From contig NC_043005.1 in assembly GCF_006345805.1 (NCBI RefSeq), positions 83,700,001 to 83,764,000 of the forward strand: a stretch of DNA of 64,000 nucleotides. The letters run 5' to 3'. This stretch comes from Octopus sinensis (taxonomy: Eukaryota). Position numbers and translations under genes: made by a program. The stretch's first letter is position 1; every line of letters starts with the position of its first letter. Below the pieces are notes generated by a model. That model had not been told where the DNA came from. It was given only the letters and a program-made list of their open reading frames with translations, and made no database searches. This document shows positions 13,535 through 26,700 of the stretch, piece by piece.

Positions 13535-13637
13535 CAAAGTATCTTTTTCGGCTGTAGTTGAAACACTAGCCCCATGAATAGGGGGTAACTCCTTTTCTTG
13601 AACAGCTGCTCCTGATGCTTGGGGTTTATCATCTTGC
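13535..13637 (-). CDS. DNAH7: DNAH7-like exon 4 (QDDKPQASG...TTAEKDTL)
   Basis: ttgcag acceptor, gttagt donor. 103 nt, phase 2 to 0. Ends AEKDTL immediately before RYYYY, as in DNAH7 (IEKDIL-RYYYY). Confidence 0.9.
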
Positions 13638-14371
13638 CTGCAAGTATATGAAATTTCTTAATTACTTTTTTGCACCTGTGTGCAAGTGAATGGTTTATTA
13701 AGTAAATAGCTTGATGGGTGTTTAGTCTGAGTTTATGACACTGCTTTGAATTGTGTTGCATGTCAAATATGTTGACATACTTGTCAATATATATATAAGT
13801 CGACATACTGTCAAAAGGTATCAACGTATATGTGATTTGTATATAACAAAGAGATTTGCTAAGACACAAAAGATAATTGACAAAAGATACTTTTGTTCTG
13901 TTGTTTATTGTATCAGCAGAAAAATATATATAAAGTTAAATGGAGGAGACATGTTGAAAAATGTTGTTTAAGTCAAATAAGACACCCAGTTATTATAGTT
14001 CAAAGAAGGATTCCTGATTTAGACAATAGTTTCTTAACCAGGCATGAAAACTCATGGAAGAAGGGTTAAGTAGCAGACTTAATGACTGAATATGACAATA
14101 TGATTTACAACACAACAATATATACTGCAGCACAACACAGTAAAACACAGCAGCCAAGTAAAACATAACACAGTATAACACAACACAACCTAACAACACA
14201 ATATAAGGCAGTACCATAAAACTCAACAGGCCATAACACTCAAAATCACCTGTACTCTCAAAAGACCTTACATTCAACAGACCATACACTCAACAAGTCA
14301 TACTTTCCACAAGCCATACTCACTCCATTCTCAGTATAATCAAGAACTTAGTTCTGTCTAATGTTACTTAC

Positions 14372-14510
14372 ATGATAATATCCACCAGAGATTTTCGGAA
14401 ATTCTCTCTCTCTTTCTTCCATTTGTGCAGAAGGCTAAGCTGTCCTCTGGGAGATGGCAGCTCACTTTTCTTAGCAGCAGCAGCTGGGTACTTTCGTTTT
14501 TTAGCCTCAT
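14372..14510 (-). CDS. DNAH7: DNAH7-like exon 3 (EAKKRKYP...KKERENFRKSLVDIIM)
   Basis: cag acceptor, gtaagt donor. 139 nt, phase 1 to 2. KERENFRKSLVDIIM matches the DNAH7 N-terminal motif KERENFRSTLVNVIM (recalled). Confidence 0.9.
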
Positions 14511-15104
14511 CTGTTGGACCCATCACACAATAAATAATAAAACTGAGTGACAGTCTCGTAAATGCTAAAGAACAATAAGTCAGCAGGAACATTAAAACAC
14601 CAGGCTAAGTATCTTTTGGTTTTTACTTTAGTCCCTCTTCATTCAGATTTCAAATCAAGCCATTGTTCAGCTTCCATTTTTATCCAGAGGATAAGTGAAG
14701 TCAAAGAAATCAACCCCAACACATTCTTGGTACTTTATCAACCCCAGAGAGCAAAAGTGAAGTTCAATGTAGGGAAATTTGAATTTACTGTGTAATGAAG
14801 TGAAAACTAAAGCTAAATATTGTAAGTAATTTAGTTCACCCTTCTCTTGTTTCAACCTCTCAATATAATGACAAAATCAACAACTATAACTATAATAATT
14901 GTTACAAAGTCTAATTGAAAGAAACGTTATTTGTATAATTCAGTGGTCAACATTTACACTGCTTGTACAAAAATTACCTTGAACAAACAATAATTATAAT
15001 TTCTACCATATAACAGGAGATAGCCATGTGTCCCCTCTACATCAAAACCAACACATGTTCCTGTCCCTGTTATCATACTTACCTCTCAACACTTCAGTAT
15101 TTAA

Positions 15105-15330
15105 CCCTTTCATTACCAACCCGGCTGAAACTGGCTCTGGCTCTGGCTCTGAGTACAAATGTCTTGTTTTCCTGAATTTTGAATTAGAATCTTCCACCAA
15201 ACCTTAGTCACAATTTATGATCCTAACACTAGCTGAATGATAACTAAGTTATTTTACTAAATTCTTTGTTATATCTAAAGTAATTGAGAGAAACAGAGAG
15301 CATCTCAAAATAAATACAGTAACGAAAGGG
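15105..15330. mobile_element. piggyBac-type MITE
   Basis: TTAA|CCCTTTCATTAC ... GTAACGAAAGGG|TTAA. Related copies at 13188-13482 and about 7878-8010. Confidence 0.8.
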
Positions 15331-16841
15331 TTAAGTCACTTCATTCTCTGCTATACCCCTCGTCACTCAAGAGTGTTCTTTAGTCTTGCAAATTATTTTG
15401 TGACATCACTATGCTGGTGCCACATAAAAAGCACCCAGTACACTCTGTGAAATGCTTGGTGTTAGTAAGGACATTTACTCAAAGAAACCATTCCAAATCA
15501 TTCCATTGTTTTTTTTTTTCAATGTAGTCCCCCGACTCTTTAAATCCTTTTAAACTGTATGACTTACGCCAGCATGGAAGATGGATGTTAAATGAATATG
15601 ATAGGCACAAGTTCATAATTCTGAAGGAGCAGCAGAGATGAATAAATTGAGCTCAGGATTTGGTACTTTATCTTATCAAACCCAGGAAGGAGGAAGACAA
15701 AGTCAGCCTCAGTAGGATATGAACTCAGAATCTAAAAATCCAGAATAAACGCAGTAAAACATTTTCTCCAATACTCTAACAATCCCACCAACAACTTCTC
15801 ATTAAGGGTGTTTGACTTCATCCATCACCCAATATAACACCCCCACCTGGCTTTCTTGGGTGTCTTTAGCAGAGTCCACTCTCTTACAAGCATTTGGATC
15901 TGGTCTTCAATGTAAAGATAATGCAATATCCTTTCTGCTATGGGCACAAGGCCAGCAATTTCAGAGAAGAGAAGCTAGTTGATTACATTGACCCCCAGTG
16001 CTCAACTGGTATTTATTTTATTGACCCCAAAAGGATGAAAGGTAAAGTCAACCTCAGGGGAATTTGAACTCAGAACATAAAGCATTTTGCCTGGTGTGCT
16101 AACGATTCCGCCAGCTCCACCATCTTATGATAATGCAATATCAATATCTTGATATGCTGCTTCTTACTACAACAACCCAGGTGGAGTGATTTATATTTCA
16201 ACCCTTTCCTCACCAGTGCTGTGTGGCCCTTCTTATGTCACCACCACCACCACCACCACTTGTGACTAAGTGGTAAGAAAGTAAAATAGATAAAGCAACC
16301 TAAATAAGTGAACAGCCAGAAAGATCTAATAATCACTTGAATAGACAAAACAATGACAGAGCCTGTATGCAGTCACTAGCCTTGCTAGAAATAACAGCTA
16401 ACTCCACCCTCCAAAGTCATATCCAACAAAATTTAGTAAGACACACTGGACTACGTATTCCCAGAAATATATTTTTAAAAATAAATAAAAAAGACTTGAT
16501 AGTCATGGTTGGAGCACCTCTCTCTAGCAATGTATTAATTTAAGTATCTATACACTATAATTAATACCAACAGAAAATTTCCTACAAAAATTCTTTGATT
16601 TGTTTTTTTTTTTGCTTTGTAGTTGTTTTTTGTTTTTGTTTTTGTTTTTACTTGACTGTTTTGCAATGGAATTATCTGTGATAGATTTGAGTTCACTTAT
16701 CAGAAAATGGAAAACATGCTACAACATGTCCCATTCTTTATTTGTATAATTAATTGCAAGGTATTTACCACCTGAGTTGTTCAGTTACTGGAATATTAGC
16801 CCAAAAGTTTATGCCAGGTAATACAATTTTCTTTTAAAATA

Positions 16842-16897
<56 letters not shown>

Positions 16898-17071
16898 ATA
16901 AGAGAGAGGGCAGGAGGAAAGAGAAGAGAGAGAGAGACAAGGGAAAGAGGGTGGAAAAGAAAGATAGAGAGAACGTGTGTATGTGTGTGAGTGTGTGTGT
17001 GTGTGACAGAGAGAGAGAGAGAGAGAGGAGAAAGAGGGAGGAGTGCCTCTTGCCTCAAATCATACCCACCT

Positions 17072-17302
17072 AAGGCGGCGAGCTGGCAGAGACGTTAGCA
17101 CGCTGGGCGAAGTGCTTCGTAGTATTTCGCCCGTCGCTACGTTCTGAGTTCAAATTCTGCCGTGGTCAACTTTGCCTTTCATCCTTTCGGGGTCGATAAA
17201 TTAAGTACCAGTTACGCACTGGGGTCGATGTAATAAACCTAATCCCTTTGTCTGTCCTTGTTTGTCCCCTTTATGTTTAGCCCCTTATGGGTAATAAAGA
17301 AA
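17072..17302 (+). mobile_element. SINE family B (tRNA-like head plus Nin/Deu-like core), representative copy
   Basis: aaggcggcgagctggcaga...gagttcaaattc...gcctttcatcctttcggggtcgataaattaagtaccag. TSD catacccacctaa on both sides. Other copies at about 3383(-), 15935(-), 21810(-), 23090, 24810(-), 24976(-), 27503, 30195(-), 31310, 35830(-) and 63310(-). Confidence 0.9.
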
Positions 17303-17989
17303 CACATACCCACCTAAATATTATGAAAAAAAAAAAGAAAATTTATTGCTGAGACAATTTACAAAAAGACATGAATATTCCCAGTCAGAAGAACGCAAGG
17401 TCTGTTTGACCAGGTCTGACCTCAAACTAAATGACGGCATCTTCTGTCAAAATATATGAACTAAACACACATGTTGAAATGGGAAACAAAAGAGAGGAAA
17501 AAAGTAAAAAACATCTATTTATATTATGTCATCTCGTGTAACAAAATTTATATATTAATCCATAAAAATCAATTGCTCATTTCCTGGAGAAAATACAGAT
17601 TTGAAAATACTCAACGGAAATGCAGAAATTAGTCAGGAAAAAAAACAACCGGAAAGCACTGCTGTGTATCCTGATTTAAACCTTACGTGACAATAAAATT
17701 CTTTCATAGGTACCCCGCTGGTTCGACAATTATTGGATGTAATGACTATATCTAGACACCTAAGGCTTCACTTTCTTAGCTTCATAAAAATGATATTTTT
17801 TTTTGTGCATTGCATTTCATTAACTTGTTGAAAATTATACTTCCTTTCAATCTTTTCCTCCCTCTCTCTCTCATATATATGTGTGTATATATATATATAT
17901 AGACATACACACATACACACATATATTATTGTAATTCTAATATATCATTACAATACACCTGATAAGCTGACCTGCTGACTTTTTTTATT

Positions 17990-19124
17990 CCAGACTGAAG
18001 AGGCAACTGCAACAGCAATTTGGACACACCTTGCTGAACATTGCATGTCACAGCTGACTAGTTTGCAGAATGCACTCAGGACATAAACACAATCTGGAAG
18101 TCCACAATGCAATAAAGTCTTGTGTTTAGCTGGACAAAAACACTACAGAAACTTCTGACATGCTCCAGACTAAATGTATAGAGCTGTGCATCTGCTTTTC
18201 ATTGGCACAAAAGGTTCAAAGATGGTAGAGAGAGAGGTTAGAGACAATGAGAGGTGTGGGAGGGAGAAGTACGTCAGAGCTTTCTGAGAAAATTTGCAAT
18301 CTTCTGGATGAAGACCACTGTGTGTTTGTAAAGACAATAAGCATACAATTTGTAGTTGGTATGGCAACTGTACACAGACTTATTCCTGAAGATCTGAACA
18401 TGTGTAAAATTTATGCAAAGTTTGTTCGAAGGGTGTTCAGTGATGAAAAGAAGGAAAGATGCCATGGTGACAGCAGGGAGATGGTTGAGCTCAATAGCTT
18501 CAATGTAAGAGTACTCGAGTCTCTACTGACCTGTGATGAAAGCTGGATCAACTGTTATGAGCCAGAGACCAAGAGACAATGTGCCCAATGGATGCATCCT
18601 GGCTTCCCCTCACCCAATATGATCCTGCAAGGGTTTGCTGGGATCCCACAAGAGTTCCCTGGGTTCTCTCTGACCAGATGGTCAACAAAGATGGGTGTTC
18701 AGGAAGAGATTTTTTTCACTAAATGCCAGAGCTCTTCCATTCAGGTCAGTGACATCTGCAACAGGACTACACACCAATCCACAATTCCATCCTGGTAACC
18801 AACTATTTGTCAGTAATAGGCATCAAAACTGTCCCTCACCCTCCCTGCAGTCCAGACCCTGCTCCCTGTGACTTCTGGTTGTTCCATAAGCTTTTGACGG
18901 AACCTCAGGGGTAGTCATTTTGGTGATGAAGGAGGCTACAACATGAGCTCTGGACATCTTCCCTTTGGACGCTTTTCATGGGGCCTTCACAGAGTGGCTG
19001 GAATGCTACAGGGGCACTGAAGTCAGAGGATCCTACTTTGAAGAAAATTAGAGTTTTGTACTTCTTTGAAATTTATAAATTCTCTCCTAAAAAAAGTCTC
19101 AAACTTTTTTGAATGCACTTTGTA
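17990..19124 (+). mobile_element. Degenerate mariner element
   Basis: KIYAKFVRRVFSDEKK, LLTCDESWINCYEPETKRQCAQW, HPPCSPDPAPCDFWLF. TIR-like 3' end aaagtctcaaacttttttgaatgcactttgta. Confidence 0.88.
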
Positions 19125-19188
19125 TTGTACACATTTTACCCAGGTGTTTAATGGTAAATAATTATAACCAGGCATAAAACGAACATAC

Positions 19189-19372
19189 TTGCTTGCAGAT
19201 CAATTAATAACTTTTCACTTCTTGCTTTATGTTCCGCAAGACTTTCTTCAGTAACGGAGTATTTTGGTTTATAGGCGCTAAATGAAGGAGTAACTTTTGA
19301 AAATGGCAAAGTGGGAAGAAAGCCTCTTTTCGTAGCCTTCTTTTTCTGATCATTGCCTTGGAAATCTATAAA
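19189..19372 (-). CDS. DNAH7: DNAH7-like exon 2 ([24 protein letters not shown]...LLIDLQA)
   Basis: Polypyrimidine tract plus ttacag acceptor, gtatgt donor. 184 nt, phase 0 to 1, joins exon 3 in frame. Confidence 0.8.
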
Positions 19373-19479
19373 CTGTAATGGAAAAAAAAAAAAATAAAAC
19401 ATTATGCGTTATTGAAATAAAGTGGAAAAGTGATACAATACATATATATATATATATATATACATATACACAAACACAC

Positions 19480-19529
<50 letters not shown>

Positions 19530-19648
19530 TATATATAAACACATTCATACATACACACACACATATATATATATACACACACACATATACATACATATAT
19601 ATAAATCTCTAAACCAGATTTCTGTCTTTATAATTTCTCCATTTTTGT

Positions 19649-19679
<31 letters not shown>

Positions 19680-22600
19680 GATATAAAATCTGTTCTGTCT
19701 GTGCGTCTTCTCGGATCTCGGGCATCTTCCATCCAATTGCACTCAAATTTGATATGTAGATACCGACGGTATCAGGGCATGTATAAGTCTTGAAAAAATT
19801 ACAAAAATCGATTCCATGTCAGAATGCGATTGATAAAGCTGTTTTTGTCCTGCTTTTCTTCCGTCAACCTGTACATAACTGCACCTTCCATTTTTTGTTG
19901 TTTTTGTACTACTTAAAGGCACGTTTCTTTCCTGCCAAGCTTACTGTTTGAACCATGTTTGTGTTCTCCCAGTCAACAGCCTTATCATTACTGGTACTTT
20001 AAACTCTTCGATTGCATATCTGTCTGAATAAAATCGTTTTTCTTTGGAATAGAAAAAAAAGTCTATCTTTATTTCTTCTTTTGCTGGAGTCTCAAATTTA
20101 GGTTAAATCAGTGTTTCTCAAAGGGGAGGCCTATGGGATGGTCGGACAAGTTGTTTTGAAAAAATTTGGTTTAAATGTTTGACAACTCAGCAACGTTCGT
20201 TAGACGGGGGGGGGGGGGGCTTTTGCTCGTATATATATATATATATATATATTGTTGAAATTTACAGAAAAACAAAAGACGAAGACAGGTGTGTAAATAA
20301 CAAACAGGTGTATTAGTATGACACTTGGGAAGGTGACAAAGTCGTTTAAGTTTCAAACCTACGCTCTTCAACAGAAAGGAACACAAGGAAATAAACAGAG
20401 AGAGAAGATGTGTATATATATATATATATATGTAACAAAGATGGAGAAATGATAAAGACAGAAATCTGGTTTAGAGATTTTCAATTAAGGAGGTATTTAT
20501 TTTTCGTTTACAAGGAAAGATATTGTTACAAGAAATGACTAATTTGTGGAGTGTTGGAATGTTATTTTTCTTCCTGAGACAGAGAAGGAAATTCAGTAGT
20601 TGATCAGCAGTCAATGTTCTCTGCGTGTGCGTTCCCAGCATTCTGTGTGACAACTATTAGCGCTGTGCATGTTCTATCTCACAGCTCTGGCACTCTGCCT
20701 TAGGTGCCTGAGATGTGGTGCTTTTATGGCAAAAAATCGATTCAGAGAGCTCCAAAAGCTAGAATCTCTGCAGGAGGTCAGCTCTAGGTAGTGACCCGAT
20801 TGGTCAGAATTTCCTTATTCTAGCCAATCATGACATTGCATGTAGTGACTAAATATTCCTGCAACATATATATCAAGTGTTTAAAAAGTATAAAAAATAT
20901 ATATACTATATATATACTCATGTTTTAAGTTTTATTTATCTTGTTCTACCAAACTTATAAACCTATATACATTTGTGCCTGCGTGTATAATAATATATTT
21001 AAGTTTGTGTGTGTATATGTCCTTTTCTTTTGTATTGCCAAACTCCTCTTCCTATTCCTCATAGAAAGCTTTGCTACTTTGTGTCCTTGTCTTTCCACAC
21101 TCTCTGCCTTTCATCCTTTTGGTTGTCAAGTGGTGGTGGTGGGGGTAAATACAGACACAAAGACACACACATATATGTATGTGTGTGTGAGAGAGAAAGA
21201 GAGAGTATGTGTGAGAGAGAGTGGGTGTGAGAGAGTGTGTGTGAGAGAGTGTGTGTATGTGTGTGTGCATGTATGTGTATGTGTGCATGTGTGTACGTGT
21301 GCGTGTGTGTATGCATGTGTGTGTGTGTGTGTGTGCATGTGTGTGCATGTGTTTGTATACAATGGGCTTTTTTTCAGTTTCTGTCTACCAAATCTATTCA
21401 CAAGGCTCTGGTTTGCCCAAGGCTATAATAAAAGACACTTGCCCAAAGTGTTGTTAATTAGGGTAATTGAATCAAATTAATTCTCCAATAAAAATTATAA
21501 TAAAATTTTAAAAATCTAAGACTTTGAAAGGCTCTTCAGCATGTGACATTCTAAGTCGTAAATTGTTCAACTTATGCTTAAATCCAAACCTAAATAAACC
21601 GTAACAAACACCATATAATAGAGATAAGCTTCTAGCGAACTGAGTCTATTGAAATAAATCAATAACAGCAAGTTTCTATTAGTTTTAAACATACAGCGCT
21701 GTCAAATACCTGCCATCATTCTTTAGTAATTAATGTCTCAGGAAACAAAGCTTCTTTATCCTTATGCTTGAAATTTAAAATATCTCAACAGAATAATAAT
21801 GTCTTTTTTCTTATTTCTTTACTGTCCACAAGGGACTACACACAGAAGGGACAAACGAGGACAGACAAACGGATTAAGGCGATTATATTGATTCCCCAGT
21901 GCATAACTGGTACTTATTTAATCGACCCCGAAAGGATGCAAGGCAAAGTCAACCTCGGTGGAATATAAACTCAGAACGTAGTGGCAGATGAAATACCGCT
22001 AAGCATTTCGCCCGGTGCACTAATGTTTCTGCCAGCTCACAACCTATTTTCTATGCTGGTTGGATGGTTTGACAGGATTCAAGAAGCTAGAGGACTGCTT
22101 TGGCATGGTCTCCATACTTGGATGCTCTTCCTAATGCCAATTCTACAGAGTGTACCAGGTGCTATTTTTGTGGTACCAGCACTAAGTAATTTACAAGACA
22201 AAGAAAAAGTTCCCTCAACTGAGTGAAGTGTAGTAGAAAGGAAAGGGTTGAGAGTCTAAGGTATAATAGAGGAACAGGAACAAGAGCACTGCTTACAAAG
22301 AAGGGTTCCAGTCATGGAAATTACAATGCTCAAAGTCATCCTCTTCCTCATCATCATCATCACTTTAGCATTTGCTTTACCATACTTGTATGGGTCAGAT
22401 GGAGTTTATAGAGGCAGATTTTCTATGGCCAGATGCTCTTCCTGTCATCAACCCCCGCTTGTTTCCAAGCAAAGGTGATATTTCTCCATGGTTGGACATG
22501 TTTTTGTGGAAGATGGAAAATGAAGGACATCGCTTCTCTGAGGGTGACACTCATTTACAATTATAACTCAATGTCAGGACAAGGAAACACAAACAAGCAC

Positions 22601-23752
22601 ACACACACACAACAGGCTTCTTGCAGTTTCCGTCTATCAAATCCACTCACAAGGCTTTGGGTGGCCCAAGGTATCATGCAATGGGACTGAACCTAAAACT
22701 ATGTGGTTGGGAAGCAAATGGTTTAACCCTAGAGCTATGCCTGCACCTTGCCATGCCTTCACCATCCTTCTTTATCTGTTACTGTTATTGTTTAGCCCCA
22801 GGTGAATCCTTACCAACCACATATATAATCATATATAATGGCACTGTGACTATCTGGTCCTTTTAGGTTTGTGTTGGACTATATAATCTCTCCATGTCTC
22901 TCATGCAAGATGGTAGGAGTTTTGGCTGCTATTTCTAACAGGTTGAGCAACCACATAGAGGTTGCCTCATTGTCTAACATTGTTCTTCATTTAGGGCAAG
23001 TAGGATGTGATTTGACTGTTATTTCTAGCAAAGTGAACAATCACATGTAGGCTGCTTTGTTGGGCAATAATTAAGGGTAATAATTAAGGTTGTGAGCTCG
23101 CAGAATCGTTAGCACACCGAGTAAAAAACCTAGGATTTCTTTTGCCCTTATATTTTGAGTTCAAATTACACTGAGGTCAATTTTGCCTTTTGGGGTTGAT
23201 AAAATAAGTATGAGTTGAACACTGGAGATGAAGAAATCGACTAACCCCCTTCCCCTCAAATTTCAGGCCGTGTGTCTGTAGTAGAAAGGATTATTTAGGG
23301 TAGTAAGGAGTTGAGGAAGATTTAGCTGCTATTTCTAGCAGATTGAGCAACCACATAGAGGCTGTCTCATTAGCTTACATCATTCTTTCTTTATATAGAG
23401 GAGTAGGGTATGATTTGAGAGAAATTTGACTGCTATTTCTAGCAGGTCAGGTCGAGTGACCATATAGAGGCTCCCTCGCTGACACGTTAAAATGTGTGTG
23501 GACATGATATGTATGACTGGACGTCATTCAAAGCGTCTGGTCAACAAGCTAATCTGTCATTTCCCCCCCCACCCCACCCCTCTAAGCAGATCAATACCAA
23601 TTACACAAATGTCCACTTAGCTTAACATAGATTATTGATTCTGCTTAGCCCTTCATTATGCAAAACAATTGCTTTCTCTTTATTCCCCTTGCAACACATT
23701 CTCATTCCTTTCCTCTTTCTTTAAACCATTAACATTACCTTTATTATTATTA

Positions 23753-23783
<31 letters not shown>

Positions 23784-26700
23784 CATTATTATTATTATTA
23801 TCATTATTATTATCATTATTATTATTATTTCTTTCTATATATTTACTGACAGGAACCAATATTTCTTTTTTCCCCATTTTCCTTTGTATGTTAAAATGTT
23901 GTCTTACACAAACAGCCCCGCTTCCATTCTGTGTAAACATCATCAACACAATATAGCTAATTTATACTTGTGTGATGGCTACAAAGTCATAAACTTAATT
24001 AAATCCTATGAGCAGAGAGTTGTGTGTGTATGTATGTGTGTGTGTATATGTGTTGTGTCTGAGTGTGTAAGTATATGTGAATAAGAAAGAGAGAGAGAGA
24101 GGCATTTTTTTTTTTTTTACATTGGCACAAAGCCACAAATTAGTCAAGAAAGGATATAGTTGATTAACTTGAACCTCGGTATGTGTGTGTGTGTGTATAT
24201 ACATATATGTGTGTGTATGTATGTATATATATATGTGTGTGTGTGTTGTGTATGTGTATGTATATATATATAGTAATTCTTTTCCCAGCCTTCCCACCTA
24301 CATGCAAGCAGTGGAATGAAGTGTAAAATTAACCCCAGCAGGGCATTATCTCAATATACAAAGGTAAACAGCTAAATACTAAGGGCATTATATAATATAT
24401 GCTGGCCCTTTGCCATTTTTTGCCAACTCCGTTACTCAGCAGGTCAATAAGGTCATCCAATATGCTAAAAACAACAGCCAAATCTTTCTGAAATTTCATT
24501 CAGTCATCTTAATAAAAAAAACAAAAGATAAAAGTGTGTGTAGGATAGAAAGAGAGAGAGAGAGAGAGAGATTCTAACAAATGCTACAGACACATAGACA
24601 CACACTTACACACATACAAATGCTATCAGCACACACAAACTCACACATACAGACATCTGCTTAAACTGTGGAATATCTATGGAGTCAGTATTGCTTTAAA
24701 TCAACAGAGTACTTTTTATTTATTGAAAAACACTGGATCTTCAGTTTTTGGTCTCTACAGGTGACAAGACATAGAATATGTTAGCAGTCTCTGTATCATG
24801 TAGGTATATTCTTTTCTACTCTAGGCACAAGGCCTGAAATTTTTGGAGGGTTGGTCAGTTGATAAGATCAACTCCAGTATGCAACTGGTACTTAATTTAT
24901 CAACCCCTAAAGGATGAAAGGCAAAGTCGACCTCAGCGGAATTTGAATTCAGAACGTAAAGACAGACAAAATACCTATTTCTTTATTACCCACAAGGGGC
25001 TAAACATAGAGGGGACAAACAAGGACAGACATAGGTATTAAAACGATTACATCAACTCCAGTGCGTAACTGGTACTTAATTTATCAACCCTGAAAGGATG
25101 AAAGGCAAAGTCGACCTCGACGGAATTTGAACTCACAATGTAACTGCAGACGAAATACCGCTAAGCATTTCGCCCGGCATGCTAACGTTTCTGCCAATTT
25201 GCCACCTTTGCCAGCTCGCTGCCTTTAGACAAAATACCGTTAAGCATTTCACCCAGCATGCTAACTTTTCTTGCTGCCTTTTAATGTAGGTATGTTGTTA
25301 CAACACTGTATTATTGCAGTATTCGCTTTGAGAGATCCTCACATATAAATGCATAGTACTAAAAGCATATTTATATCATAAATAGTTGAAAATTGTCTAG
25401 CATTGATGGTAGAACTGCTAGAACACATGGTTTCAGTGTACATGTGCTTCATCAGTAACAGGCATCCACTCACCACATCTCAGCCAAATTCCACTGCCAA
25501 AGAAATGTAGAAAAACAGTGACTGTTCAGTCACTAATGTTGCAAATAACCAGCAGGCTCTTTAAAAAATAAATACTAGCAATGGAAGCAGTATTAATACT
25601 AATAGCAGTCATTATATCCTACTTAACATAAATGTATTGTTAGAACATTGTAATACTGCAGTATTCACCTTGAGAGATCCTCTCATATAAATGCATAGCT
25701 CTAGTGGTTGGTGGTAGTAGTGATAGTGATGGTGATGGTAGTGGTGGTGGTTGTTGTTGTTGTTGTTGTTGTGGTGGTGGTGGTGGTGGGTGTGGTGGTG
25801 GTGATATTTAGTTTATGTCAGGTTCTGATGGAAAAGACATGAAAAACAAATTAATTCAGGCATTGAATGGCTTCTTTATCTAATTTGTCCTTCCACTTTG
25901 TAAGATGGTAGTGGGGATGATATGAGAGGATTCAGCTGACTTTCTAGCAGATTGATAGACCATGTAAAGGCTCCCTGAAGAATTTAGTTCATCATGTTCT
26001 GAGTGCAAGCTCCAGAGAGCTAGAAGACATCTGCTTAACATTGTTCAAGAAGCATGGATCGATATTGCTATATCATTATAGCTGACATGAATGTTGGTTG
26101 GTTGATTGATTTCTCCAGTTATGCTTTACATAGCATATAGAGAGATAATATAAGAGGTGTAGAATGAATGTCTATACTAAGCTTGGTGGCAGGCAAAGAG
26201 TAATGTTACTCACACACAGAGAGATCAAGAATGTAGGAGGAGGAGGAGGTGGTAGTGGTGGTGGAAGAGGAAGGTGGAGGGGAGGAGGAGGTGTTTATGG
26301 TGGAAGAGAGGAGGTGGAGGGGTGGAGAGGCAGAGGAGGAGGTGGTGGTGGAAGAGGGGAGGAGTCTGAGGAGCCTGAGGAGGAGAAGTTCAAATTTTGC
26401 AGAGCTAGGTTTTTAATGGATCAAAATGCAATTATGTTGATAAAATTTAGAAAGATAACAGCTTATTTATTGCAAATATACAAATGAGAAATTTGTCTCA
26501 TTTTATTATATTTTGAAGTAGTAAATATTTCCCTTTGAAAACTCATCATTTTGCATAAGCACCAAGGTATTTGACAAAAGTTAAGTTATGATTATTGCAT
26601 GTATGCTTTATTTCCTGGTATTACATACAGTGTGGCAAAAGTCTGCTTCCATCTTCTGTTGCTGCTGTGAAAGCAGGATTCGAACCCAGAATGTGGAGAA

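Noticed and set aside
26164-26487. Gly-rich ORF and G-rich tract
   Set aside because: Decayed (GGA/GGT)n simple repeat antisense to DNAH7 intron 1, with no support for coding.
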